DNA from: Sporichthyaceae bacterium
GTDB taxonomy: Bacteria > Actinomycetota > Actinomycetes > Prado026
Reading direction: 5' to 3'
DNA: 57,006 nt
NCBI GenBank assembly: GCA_031394045.1
Contig: JANMWN010000085.1
Location: forward strand, 1 to 57,006
Positions 36,986-46,481 of the stretch are shown piece after piece; the first letter of the stretch is position 1; every line of letters starts with the position of its first letter. The notes beneath the pieces are model-generated. The model searched no databases. It was not told the origin of the DNA and saw only the letters and a list, made by a program, of their open reading frames with translations. The translations under genes and the position numbers were made by a program.

Positions 36986-38691
36986 CCCCGTCCAACCGCT
37001 CGACCGAGTCGTACGAGCCGGAGGTCGGCCTGCTCGCAGCGCTGCGGCGCTACGCGGTGCTCGTCGTCGCGGTGGCCCTGGTCCTTGCTGCCGCTGCGTA
37101 CGCGCTGGCGTGGAGCCTGCCGAAGGAGTACACCGCCACAGCGACAGTCACCGTCGCCCGCCCGGACACCCAACCCGTCTACCGAACGGTCTCCGCGGGC
37201 GACGTGTCCAACCGTCAGCTCACGATCGTCCAGCAGCTGCACGACTCGCGTACGCTCACCCGCGCCGCGGTGGCGCTGGGGACGACACCGGGCAGCCTGG
37301 AGACTCGGCTGACCGTCCAGCCCGAGGCGCAGACCGCGCTCATCGACGTGAAGGCGACCGCGCCGACCGCCGCCGGGGCAGCGGACACGGCGAACGCCGT
37401 CGTCACTGCCTACCGGGCGATCTTCGCCGACGACCAACGACGGGTCACCGAGGCCGGCATAGCCCCGCTCCGGACCTCCGCCAACCAGCTCGCGGCGCAG
37501 ATCGGCAAGCTCAGGCTGCAGGTCCAGGCTCGTAGCGCGGCGCTGCGGCAGCAGGTGGTCCAGACATTCGCCGGTGCCTTCCCGCCCCCTGTCGCAGGGG
37601 CCGAGGATCGGGCGGTTCAGACGGCACTGCAGATCGACCCGACGTACACGGCGCTACGCGCGTCGCTGGTCAACCCCCAGATCCAGCTCGACGGTCTCAA
37701 CGAGAAGATGCGCGAGCTCAGCGTCGACGGCGGCCTGATGGGCGTCCCGTTCTCCCATGTCGACGACGCGATCCCGGCGAGCGCGCCGGACACCCTCGCA
37801 CCCACGCGTGGCGCCCTGCTCGGCGGCATCGTCGGGCTGCTCTTCGGGTGCGGGCTGGCGTGGCGCCGGGCCGAGCGAAACCGGCCGATGTCGGGGGCCC
37901 GTGTCGCGGCGATCCTCGGCGTGCCGGTGCTGCTCGACGTGGCGCTGCCGAAGCGATCGCTCGCCCAGCTGAGCCGGCTCAGCGACTTCGCCTCCACCGA
38001 GAAGCGGCTCGGGTCGGTCGCGGTCTCGCTGATGCGCTTTTGTGAGGTGCGCGGCCTCCGCCGGCTGGTGGTCGCCCCGGCCACCACCGAGAGGGCTGGT
38101 CCGGCCGTCGCCCTGGCGCTCGCGACGTCGATCCGCGGGTCGGGGCGCGATCTGCTCCTGGTGGACCTGGGGGACGACGGCGGCCACCTGACCAGCCTGT
38201 CCGGCCTGCGCGACGAGATCGGGCTGCGCGACGTGATCGCGGGCCGGGCCCTCCTGGTCGACTCCTGCGTCTCGCTCGGGGTCGGGCACACCTCCGTGGA
38301 GTTCATCGGCCTCGGCGCGGGGCCTGAGCAGTCGGCCGTCGCTGTCGCGGAGCACCTGGCTCTGCTTCCGCACGAGGCGCTGGCCGTCGTCGACGCGCCC
38401 GGTCTGGAGACGTCCGGACTGGCCATCGGTGCGGCAGCCGACGACAGCGCCCTCGTGCTGGTCACCTGCGACTCGACCGAGGCTGAGGCCCTCGCCGTCA
38501 CGGCCACCAAGCTCGAGCTTGCGGGAACGCTCGTGGTCGGGGTCGTGCACGTACGCACCACGCGAGGCTGGTGGCGGCCCCGTCGACGGTCGGGGGTGGA
38601 CCATGTCTCCGTCGTGCGGCAGTCCGTGCCTTCGTTGGCGACACCGCTGCACCCGGCCCGAGTGGTCGAGTCACGGCGGACCGCGCCGTGA
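36982..38691 (+). CDS. polysaccharide chain-length determinant (Wzz/PCP) with degenerate BY-kinase-like C-terminal domain
   Basis: TM1, a long coiled-coil periplasmic-type region and TM2 (GALLGGIVGLLFGCGLAW), then a P-loop NTPase-like fold. It lacks the GK[ST] Walker A (VVAPATTERAGPAVAL) and has no C-terminal Tyr cluster. Confidence 0.7.
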   Translation: MTPSNRSTESYEPEVGLLAALRRYAVLVVAVALVLAAAAYALAWSLPKEYTATATVTVARPDTQPVYRTVSAGDVSNRQLTIVQQLHDSRTLTRAAVALGTTPGSLETRLTVQPEAQTALIDVKATAPTAAGAADTANAVVTAYRAIFADDQRRVTEAGIAPLRTSANQLAAQIGKLRLQVQARSAALRQQVVQTFAGAFPPPVAGAEDRAVQTALQIDPTYTALRASLVNPQIQLDGLNEKMRELSVDGGLMGVPFSHVDDAIPASAPDTLAPTRGALLGGIVGLLFGCGLAWRRAERNRPMSGARVAAILGVPVLLDVALPKRSLAQLSRLSDFASTEKRLGSVAVSLMRFCEVRGLRRLVVAPATTERAGPAVALALATSIRGSGRDLLLVDLGDDGGHLTSLSGLRDEIGLRDVIAGRALLVDSCVSLGVGHTSVEFIGLGAGPEQSAVAVAEHLALLPHEALAVVDAPGLETSGLAIGAAADDSALVLVTCDSTEAEALAVTATKLELAGTLVVGVVHVRTTRGWWRPRRRSGVDHVSVVRQSVPSLATPLHPARVVESRRTAP

Positions 38692-39545
38692 CCGCCCGGC
38701 TGCCGGACTTCGTGTGCATCGGTGCACTGAAGGCGGGCACGACCTACCTCGAGGCGCTGCTGCGCGACCACCCGGGCCTGTGCCTGCCGTCGGCGGTCAA
38801 GGAGGTCGACTACTTCTCGCTCCACCACGAGCGCGGCGAGCAGTGGTACCGCGACAAGTTCGACGGGTGTGCCCAACGCAAGCACGGCGAGGTCTCGCCC
38901 CGCTACCTCGTCGACGCGGACAGCCCGGCGCGCATCGCGGCAGCCAACGCCGACGTACGCCTGCTCCTCCTGGTCAGGGACCCGGTCACGCGCGCGGTCT
39001 CCCAGTACAAGCACCGGGTCCGCACGACGTTCTACCGCGCGAGCTTCGAGGACTACCTCGCTGACAACCCTGGCGCCCTCGAACGCGGTCGCTATGGCCA
39101 CCACGCGGGCCGATACCTCGAGTGGTTCGACCGCGCCCAGCTGCACGTCGTGGTCTTCGAGGATCTCGTAGCCGACCCGGTCGTCGCCATGCGGTCGGTG
39201 TACGGGTTCCTGGGTGTCGATGCCGGCCATGCGCTGTCGCAGCACGACCGGCCGCACAACGAGGCATGGCAGCCGAGCCGGCGGCGCGCCTACGTGCTGG
39301 CCAAGCGGCTCAGCGGGCACGTGCACGACCTCGGCTACGGGTCTGTCGCGTTCCGCCTGGCCAGGTCGCCGCTGGCCGTCTGGGTCGCTGGACGGCACCA
39401 GCAGCTGGACGTCTCCGCGCCGAACGAGGCGACGGCCAGCAGGCTGCGTAAGCACTACGCGGCCGACGTCGACGCGCTGTCCGCGCTGGTCGGGCGCGAC
39501 CTCGCGGAGCTGTGGTGGGCCCGCCAGCCGGAGCCGGTCGCGTGA
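38688..39545 (+). CDS. sulfotransferase 2
   Basis: GTGA-coupled. DFVCIGALKAGTTYL (5'-PSB) and VRDPVTRAVSQY (3'-PB). Confidence 0.8.
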   Translation: MTARLPDFVCIGALKAGTTYLEALLRDHPGLCLPSAVKEVDYFSLHHERGEQWYRDKFDGCAQRKHGEVSPRYLVDADSPARIAAANADVRLLLLVRDPVTRAVSQYKHRVRTTFYRASFEDYLADNPGALERGRYGHHAGRYLEWFDRAQLHVVVFEDLVADPVVAMRSVYGFLGVDAGHALSQHDRPHNEAWQPSRRRAYVLAKRLSGHVHDLGYGSVAFRLARSPLAVWVAGRHQQLDVSAPNEATASRLRKHYAADVDALSALVGRDLAELWWARQPEPVA

Positions 39546-40648
39546 GCGCGCACACCGGTCTGGGCCGGCGGCCGCGCGAGGTGCTTACCGTGCTGCTCGT
39601 CCTGGCCGTCCTTGCGGCAATCTCCGGGGTGCTCGTGCGATGGACGGCCGCCGATCGCGGTGCTGCGACGGGGGCGTCAGCGGCGCCTCGTACGCCGCGA
39701 GATGCGCAACCGACCGGCTGGATGAGTGACACCGCGCTGCAGGGGTTCGCCCAAGGCACCCTGGGCGGTCAGGGCGGCACGTTGCGTGAGGTGACGACGC
39801 TTGCCGACAGTGGTGTCGGGTCGCTCCGGGAGGCGCTCGCGGCGGGCGGCCCGAGCTGGATCCGGTTCCTGGTCTCCGGCGCCATCGTCCTCGGGCAGCC
39901 GCTCGAGGTCCCGTCGCAGACGACGATCGACGGACGAGGAGCCGACGTCACCCTCGAGAACAAGGGCCTGATCATCGACGGGACGTCCAACATCATCGTC
40001 GAGAACCTCAAGTTCACCGCCATCCACGGGTCGACGTCCGACGCCCTCTCGGTACGCAACGGGGCGCACGACGTGTGGATCGACCACGACGACTTCTCGA
40101 ACGGCAGCGATGGGCTGGTCGACATCACCCTCGGGGCCACCGACGTGACCGTGTCCTGGTGCCATTTCTTCAACCACGACAAGACGATGCTGATCAGCGC
40201 CCTGACGAGCACGGCACCGATGCACGTGACCGTGCACCACAACTGGTTCGACCACACAAACCAGCGCAACCCGCTCGTCCGTGACGCCTACGCGCACGTC
40301 TATGACAACTACGTCGACGGCTTCGGGTCGTACGGGATGCAGGCACAGGAGGGTGGCTACCTCCTCTCGCAGCACAACGTGCTGCGGGCCGTCCTGGGCT
40401 CGCAGGAGACGGACGGCATCCGGATCACCGACAACAAGCATGGCGCCGGCGTCGTGCGTGCCGAGGATGACCTCCTGCTCGACGGGGCCACCCAGCTGGT
40501 CCGTCTGTCGGGGCTGCTCCACCCGGTCCCGTACCGCTTCGTGCTCGAGCCCGCCGGACCGCGGCTGGAGGCCGAGATCACGGTCGGCTCCGGCTGGCGC
40601 GCGTTCCCCGGCTCAACCAGCTCTGCCCCACCCCTGCCCATCGCTTGA
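39542..40648 (+). CDS. membrane-anchored pectate lyase-like protein (PL1 family), copy 2
   Basis: GTGA-coupled. N-terminal TM anchor. PL1 blocks DVWIDHDDF, TVSWCHFFNHDKTMLIS, VHHNWF..NQRNPL and HVYDN. Confidence 0.8.
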   Translation: MSAHTGLGRRPREVLTVLLVLAVLAAISGVLVRWTAADRGAATGASAAPRTPRDAQPTGWMSDTALQGFAQGTLGGQGGTLREVTTLADSGVGSLREALAAGGPSWIRFLVSGAIVLGQPLEVPSQTTIDGRGADVTLENKGLIIDGTSNIIVENLKFTAIHGSTSDALSVRNGAHDVWIDHDDFSNGSDGLVDITLGATDVTVSWCHFFNHDKTMLISALTSTAPMHVTVHHNWFDHTNQRNPLVRDAYAHVYDNYVDGFGSYGMQAQEGGYLLSQHNVLRAVLGSQETDGIRITDNKHGAGVVRAEDDLLLDGATQLVRLSGLLHPVPYRFVLEPAGPRLEAEITVGSGWRAFPGSTSSAPPLPIA

Positions 40649-40695
40649 CCCGACTCCATCGACAACAGCTCGACCACCACACAAGGAGGATCGCG

Positions 40696-41649
40696 ATGCG
40701 AGCACTGGTGACCGGCGCAGCTGGATTCATCGGCAGCCACCTGGCCGAGCGGTTGGTCGCGGACGGTGCCGACGTGATCGGCATCGACTGCCTGACCGAC
40801 TACTACTCACCCGACCGAAAGCGGGCGAACCTGTCGGGCCTGGCCGGATCGGCAAGGTTCCGGCTGGTCGAGGAGGACATCCTCCGAGCGGACCTGCACG
40901 ACCTGGTCCGCGGCGTCGACGTGGTGTTCCACCAGGCCGGCCAGCCGGGTACGCGGCTGTCGTGGTCCGAGCACTTCCGGATGTACGTCGACCGCAACAT
41001 CCTCGCGACGCAGCGGTTGCTCGAGGCGTGCCGGGGCACGGACATCCAACGGCTCGTTAACGCGTCGAGCTCATCGGTGTACGGCAACAGTGACAGCTAC
41101 CCCTGCCGCGAGACGACGCTGCCCAGGCCGTTCAGCCCCTACGGCGTCACGAAGCTGGCGGCCGAGCAGCTGTGCGACCTGTACGCCGTCAACTGGGGTC
41201 TGCCGGTGGTATCGCTGCGCTACTTCACCGTCTACGGTCCGCGGCAGCGGCCGGACATGGGGATGAACATCTTCCTTGACGCCGCCCTGCGCGACGCCCC
41301 GATCCGGGTGTTCGGCACGGGGTCGCACATTCGCGACTTCACCTACGTCGCCGACGTCGTCGAGGCCAACTGCGCGGCGGCGGACGCCGACATCGCGACT
41401 CCGACGATGCTCAACGTCTCCGGCGGCAGCTCGGTCAGCGTCGCCGACCTGCTCGCCCTGATCGCCCGGCTCGTCGGCCACCGGCTGCGCGTCGAGCACC
41501 TGCCCGAGCAGCCCGGCGACGTACGGCGGACAGGCGGCTCGACCGAGCGCGCGCAGGCGCTGATCTCATGGAAACCGCAGACCAGCCTGGAGGAGGGCGT
41601 ACGCCAGCAGCTGGACTGGCAGAGCGCCGCCCTCGCGACGCAGGCATGA
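40696..41649 (+). CDS. NAD-dependent epimerase/dehydratase (SDR family)
   Basis: AAGGAGG RBS. GAAGFIGSHL Rossmann motif and catalytic Y-x3-K (PYGVTKLAAE). Confidence 0.85.
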   Translation: MRALVTGAAGFIGSHLAERLVADGADVIGIDCLTDYYSPDRKRANLSGLAGSARFRLVEEDILRADLHDLVRGVDVVFHQAGQPGTRLSWSEHFRMYVDRNILATQRLLEACRGTDIQRLVNASSSSVYGNSDSYPCRETTLPRPFSPYGVTKLAAEQLCDLYAVNWGLPVVSLRYFTVYGPRQRPDMGMNIFLDAALRDAPIRVFGTGSHIRDFTYVADVVEANCAAADADIATPTMLNVSGGSSVSVADLLALIARLVGHRLRVEHLPEQPGDVRRTGGSTERAQALISWKPQTSLEEGVRQQLDWQSAALATQA

Positions 41650-42836
41650 CCCTGCAGGAGTCGGACGCGAGGGTGTCCCGGTTCGCCAGCGCCTCCTCAT
41701 GGCGTGCGGTGCTGGTCATCAACTCGCTCGCCCGCGGCGGTGCCGAGACCCAGCTCGTCCGGCTGGCGGTGCACCTGGCGGCAACCGGCCATCACGTGAC
41801 TGTCGCGACGCTGATGCCGGACAACGACTTCGCGGCCGAGCTCGAGCCGGCTGGTGTCGAGGTGGTGTCGCTGACCGCAGGGCGCCGGCCGCGGGCGGTC
41901 CCGACTGTCGTGGGGCTGACCCGGCTGCTCCGGCGGGAGCGCGCGGACGTCGCGGTGAGCTTCCTCTACCAGGCCAACGTCGTGACCAGGGTCGCCGCGA
42001 AGTCAGCGGGTGTGCCCGTCGTCGTGTCGTCCATCCGCAACGAGTACTTCGGTGGGCACGGACGCGAGCTCGCCGTGCGCGGCACCGGCCGGCTCGCCTC
42101 TCTCACGACGACCAACTCCGTCCTGTCCGCGGACTCCCTCGTCCGCCGGGGGGTGGTGGCACGCGATCGCCTCATGGTGATCCCGAACGCCCTGCCCCCG
42201 GCGGCGTTCGACCCGGGCGGGGGAGGGGCAGCCGTACGGAGCGAGCTGGGTGTGGCCGCTGACGAATTCCTGTGGCTCGGCGTCGGCCGGCTCGCCGTGC
42301 AGAAGGCCTGGCCGGACCTGCTACGGGCGTTCGCGTCGGTCGAAGGGGGACGCGTACCCGGCCGGCTGGTCGTCGCCGGGGAGGGACCGGAGGCGGACGC
42401 GCTCGCCGCCACGGTCGACCGGCTCGACCTGTCCGGCCGGGTACGCCTTCTCGGGGTACGCCGAGACGTCGCCGACCTGATGGCGGCAGCCGATGCGCTC
42501 GTCCTGCCCAGCGCGTACGAGGGGCTGCCCAATGTCGTGCTCGAGGCCATGGCCGCTGGGCTGCCCGTCGTCGCGACAAGGGTGGGAGGGGTGCCCGAGC
42601 TCGTCGACGATTCGGTCGGGATCGTAGTCACCCCGGGGAGCCCGGCCGATCTGGCCGCCGCGATGCGACGCATGGCCAGCCTCGACGTCTCGACCCGCGC
42701 CCGGATGGGGCAGACAGCCAGGCTGCGGGCGCGCGACGGCTTCAGCCAGGACGTCGTGATGGCGTGCTGGCTGTCCGTGCTCGACGGACTCGTCGCCCGC
42801 AGCGGCACCGGCCGGCGTCCCCGGCGTTGCCGGTGA
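41646..42836 (+). CDS. glycosyltransferase family 4
   Basis: ATGA-coupled. ARGGAETQLVRLA and EGLPNVVLEAMAAGLPVVAT (E-x7-E). Confidence 0.85.
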   Translation: MTLQESDARVSRFASASSWRAVLVINSLARGGAETQLVRLAVHLAATGHHVTVATLMPDNDFAAELEPAGVEVVSLTAGRRPRAVPTVVGLTRLLRRERADVAVSFLYQANVVTRVAAKSAGVPVVVSSIRNEYFGGHGRELAVRGTGRLASLTTTNSVLSADSLVRRGVVARDRLMVIPNALPPAAFDPGGGGAAVRSELGVAADEFLWLGVGRLAVQKAWPDLLRAFASVEGGRVPGRLVVAGEGPEADALAATVDRLDLSGRVRLLGVRRDVADLMAAADALVLPSAYEGLPNVVLEAMAAGLPVVATRVGGVPELVDDSVGIVVTPGSPADLAAAMRRMASLDVSTRARMGQTARLRARDGFSQDVVMACWLSVLDGLVARSGTGRRPRRCR

Positions 42837-44386
42837 GGCCGGCCGAGGCACCGTCCGACAGAGCCGCACTGCGCCGCCGCTCGGTGGCCGGCATCGGCTG
42901 GATGGGACTGTCCGCCGCCACGCAGGCCGTGCTCCAGGTCGCCGTGCTGGCTGCCCTCGCCCGGCTGGTCGCTCCAGCCCAGTTTGGGCTGGTGTCCGGC
43001 GCGCTCATCGTGGTGGCGGTCACGACGATCGTGGCGCAGTGCGGGCTGGGCAGCGCGATCGTGCAGCGACCGGTGCTCACCGAGCTGCACGTGCGCGTCG
43101 CCTTCACCGCCGGGCTCGTGCTCGCCGTCGCCTGCTCCGGGGCACTCCAGCTGCTCGCACCGCTGGTGGAGCACGCGTTCGGGCTACCCGGCCTCGCCCC
43201 CATCCTGCGGGTGCTCGCGCTCGGGCTGGTGATCAACGCGATGACCCTGGGCGACTACCTGCTCGCGCGCCGGGTCCAGTTCAGCCGCCTGGCTGCCGCC
43301 GAGACGGCGTCGTACGCCATCGGCTACGGCGCAGTGGCCGTCCTGATGGCGTGGCTGGGTCTGGGGCCGTGGGCCATCGTCATCGGCCAGCTCGCGCAGG
43401 CGACGATCCGCACGGCCAGCGTGATGGCGCTGGCCCCGCACAGCGTCCGGCCCTCGCTGGCCCGCGGCCCGCTGCGCGAGCTCCTGGGCTACGGCGTCGG
43501 CCACCTGCTCGCCCAGCTGGCCAACAGCGTCGCGATCCTCGGCGACAACATCGTCGTCGGCCGATTCCTCGGCGCGGCAGCCCTGGGCCTGTACGGGCGG
43601 GCCTACCAGCTCGTCGCAGCGCCGGCCTCACTCTTCGGCCAGGTGGCGAACGAGGTGCTGTTCCCCGCCATGGCCTCGGTACAGGAGGACAAGGCAGCGC
43701 TGCGTCGGGTCTACGCCACCGGTGCGGCGCTGCTGGCATTCGTGGCGCTGCCCATCTCGTCCATGTGCGCCGTCACGTCCGAGCAGCTCGTCCTCGTTCT
43801 CCTCGGCCGGGACTGGCTTCCGCTGCGGGACGCGTTCGACGTGATCCTGTTCGGGATGCTGTTCCGTACCGGCTACAAGCTGAGCGACTCGCTCGCTCGG
43901 GCGACCGGCGCTGTCTACCGCCGTGCGTGGCGGCAAGGCCTGTATGCAGCGTGCGTCGTCGGTGGAGCCCTGCTGGGGCGGCACTGGGGGATCCGTGGCG
44001 TTGCGGTCGGCGTCCTGCTCGCCCTGCTGGAGAACTACCTGCTGATGGCGCAGCTGAGCCTGTCGCTCATCGGCATGTCATGGTCGCGCTTCCTGGCGCA
44101 GCACATTCCGGGGGTCGTGGTCTCGGTCGTGGCGGCGGTGGCCGCGCTGGGGACGCGTACGGTCGCCGAGTCTTTCCAGGCACCGGTCCTGGTCGTGCTG
44201 GCCTCGGCCTGGCTGGGCGGCGCCGCAGCCGTCCTGCTGCTGTTGCGACTCGCGCCGGGTGTCCCGGTCCTGCGGAGCGTGAGCCGGCTGGTCGCCGACA
44301 CCTGCCTGCTGCTGCCACCACGGCTCGGGTCGGTGGTCGGCCGGATCGCAGGCTTGCGCGGCCAGGCAGCGTCGGTGGATCGATGA
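42833..44386 (+). CDS. Wzx-like polysaccharide flippase (MOP superfamily)
   Basis: GTGA-coupled. About 12-14 TM helices. The upstream part of the 704-aa track ORF overlaps the GT gene out of frame and is not counted. Confidence 0.7.
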   Translation: MRPAEAPSDRAALRRRSVAGIGWMGLSAATQAVLQVAVLAALARLVAPAQFGLVSGALIVVAVTTIVAQCGLGSAIVQRPVLTELHVRVAFTAGLVLAVACSGALQLLAPLVEHAFGLPGLAPILRVLALGLVINAMTLGDYLLARRVQFSRLAAAETASYAIGYGAVAVLMAWLGLGPWAIVIGQLAQATIRTASVMALAPHSVRPSLARGPLRELLGYGVGHLLAQLANSVAILGDNIVVGRFLGAAALGLYGRAYQLVAAPASLFGQVANEVLFPAMASVQEDKAALRRVYATGAALLAFVALPISSMCAVTSEQLVLVLLGRDWLPLRDAFDVILFGMLFRTGYKLSDSLARATGAVYRRAWRQGLYAACVVGGALLGRHWGIRGVAVGVLLALLENYLLMAQLSLSLIGMSWSRFLAQHIPGVVVSVVAAVAALGTRTVAESFQAPVLVVLASAWLGGAAAVLLLLRLAPGVPVLRSVSRLVADTCLLLPPRLGSVVGRIAGLRGQAASVDR

Positions 44387-45537
44387 ACGCGTCGGCGAGC
44401 GGCCCGCGCGTCACGGTGCTCCTGCCCAATCTCGCCGGTGGCGGTGCGGAGCGGGTGATGCTGACCGTCGCCGGGGGTTTGGCGGACGCGGGTGCCGACG
44501 TACGCCTGCTGCTCGGTGACACGTCGGGCCCGCTGGCCGAGCAGGTCCCCGGCAACATCGCGGTCGAGAGCATGGGCCGGGTGCACCTGCGCGATGCCGT
44601 CCCAGCGGTGGCCAGGCATCTGCGCCGGGAGCGCCCGCACTGCCTGCTCAGCACCCTCGAGCACGCCAATGTCGTGGCCCTCGCTGCGAACGCGATGAAC
44701 GGGTCCAGGACCGCCGTCGCCGTACGCGTGGCGAACACCCTCGGCGAGATGGCCGCGGCGAACCCGTCGGCCAAGGATCGGCTGGCCCTGGTCGCAGCGC
44801 GACGCCTCTACCCCCGGGCCGCGGCCGTCATCGCCCCGTCCCGCGGGGTCGCCGACGACCTCAGGGCCGTGGTCGGCAGTCGCGTCGAGCACCTGATGAG
44901 GGTGATCCCTAACCCGGTGATCGGGTCCGACCTGCCGGCGCGGGCGGCGGCTCCGGTCGAGCACCCGTGGTTCGCCGTTGGCCAGCCGCCGGTCCTGCTC
45001 ACGGTCGGCAGCTTGACAGCCAAGAAGAACCACGCGCTGCTGCTGCGGGCCGCAGCAGCGCTCGTGCCGGCGATCCGGGTGCGCACGCTCATCCTCGGCG
45101 AGGGCCCCGAGCGTCCGCGCCTGACGACGCTGGCCGGAGAGCTCGGGCTCCGGATCGACGAGGACGTGAGCATGCCGGGCTGGGTCGACGACCCGTACCC
45201 GTACCTTTCGAGGTGCTCGGTCTATGTCCTCGCCTCGGACCGCGAGGGTCTGCCCGGTGCATTGATCCAGGCGCTGGCGTGCGGGGCCGCGGTGGTCTCG
45301 ACCGACTGCCGCAGCGGTCCCAGCGAGGTGCTGGACGCCGGGCGGCTGGGCCGGCTCGTCCCGGTCGGCGACGTGGCGGCGATGACCGCGGCGATCCGCG
45401 CGACGCTGGCCGAGCGTACGACGGGCGTGCCGTCGGCTGACTCCTCGTCCGTGCTGGCGGCGTACACCGTCGCGGGCGCCGTCGCCGCGTACGTCAGCCT
45501 CGTCGACGAGCTGACCACTGCGGGGGTGGCCGTATGA
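44383..45537 (+). CDS. glycosyltransferase family 4
   Basis: ATGA-coupled. LPNLAGGGAERV and REGLPGALIQALACGAAVVST. Confidence 0.85.
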   Translation: MNASASGPRVTVLLPNLAGGGAERVMLTVAGGLADAGADVRLLLGDTSGPLAEQVPGNIAVESMGRVHLRDAVPAVARHLRRERPHCLLSTLEHANVVALAANAMNGSRTAVAVRVANTLGEMAAANPSAKDRLALVAARRLYPRAAAVIAPSRGVADDLRAVVGSRVEHLMRVIPNPVIGSDLPARAAAPVEHPWFAVGQPPVLLTVGSLTAKKNHALLLRAAAALVPAIRVRTLILGEGPERPRLTTLAGELGLRIDEDVSMPGWVDDPYPYLSRCSVYVLASDREGLPGALIQALACGAAVVSTDCRSGPSEVLDAGRLGRLVPVGDVAAMTAAIRATLAERTTGVPSADSSSVLAAYTVAGAVAAYVSLVDELTTAGVAV

Positions 45538-46481
45538 CCGCGGCCGGCCGGCTCGTCGGCCGCCCGATCCTGGTCGGCGGCTGCTCCCGGAGCGGGACCA
45601 CGCTTCTCGGGGCCATGCTCGGCTGGGGGGAGGGCCGGCTGACGGTCCCCGAGGCGAACTTCAAGTGGGAGCTGTACGCCTCGGGTGCGGTGGACCAGGA
45701 CATGGTCGACCTGTCGCGGGCCCGCGAGTTGCTCGCGGGCGACCCGAAGTTCGCACTCTGGGGGATCGCTCCCGTGACCGGCCGCGGCCGCATGCCGTTC
45801 GGTGAGCTGATGAGCTTGCTGGTCGAGCGGCACGCCGCGGCACTCGGGGCATCCGCGCACGTGGCCTGGATCGACCACACGCCGGGCAACATCCGCTTCG
45901 TGCCCACCTGGCGCCGGGTGCTGCCGGAGGCACGGTTCGTCCACATGATCCGGGACGGCCGCGCCGTGGCGGCCTCGGTCCTGCCGCTGGACTGGGGGCC
46001 GAACACCGCGACCGAGGCCGCCAGGCACTGGGCGCTCCAGGTGGCGGCTGGTCTGGCTGCCGCCGGGGCGCTCGGCCCCGACCTCGTCCACACCGTCCGC
46101 TACGAGGACCTGATCCTCAAGCCCGAACGTACGCTCAAGCTGGTCTGCGACTTCGCCGGGATCGAGTACGACGACCAGATGGTCGACCAGCGCGACTACG
46201 CCCTTCCCGCGTACACCGCAGGGCAGCATGGCCTGGTGCTGAGCCGGCCCGACCCGGGGCGCGTGGAGGCCTGGCGGGACGTGCTCCGGCCGGCACAGGT
46301 CCGTGCCTTCGAGCGGCTCACCGGTGAGCTGCTCGACCTGCTGGGCTATCGGAGCGACTACGGCATCAGCGCTGCCCGGCAGGGTCCGGTCGAGCACTAC
46401 CGCGAGCTCGCCGACAGCGCCCTGCGGCGCGTGGTCCTCGACCGGCTGAGGCGGAGTGCGCGCTGGAGGCGGGGCAGGTGA
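45534..46481 (+). CDS. sulfotransferase 3 (Sulfotransfer_3-like)
   Basis: ATGA-coupled. VGGCSRSGTTLLG (PSB loop) and HMIRDGRAVAAS. This is a different subfamily from sulfotransferases 1 and 2. Confidence 0.75.
   Translation: MTAAGRLVGRPILVGGCSRSGTTLLGAMLGWGEGRLTVPEANFKWELYASGAVDQDMVDLSRARELLAGDPKFALWGIAPVTGRGRMPFGELMSLLVERHAAALGASAHVAWIDHTPGNIRFVPTWRRVLPEARFVHMIRDGRAVAASVLPLDWGPNTATEAARHWALQVAAGLAAAGALGPDLVHTVRYEDLILKPERTLKLVCDFAGIEYDDQMVDQRDYALPAYTAGQHGLVLSRPDPGRVEAWRDVLRPAQVRAFERLTGELLDLLGYRSDYGISAARQGPVEHYRELADSALRRVVLDRLRRSARWRRGR

Noticed and set aside
43039-45537. 832-aa and 704-aa ORFs (43039..45537, 42272..44386) and the 650-aa ORF 51194..53146 taken as single proteins
   Set aside because: Their N-terminal parts are out-of-frame read-through over neighbouring genes (GT4, Wzx and the ISL3 transposase). 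Only the parts after the coupled starts at 44383 and 42833, and after the IS junction at 51842, show real protein features.
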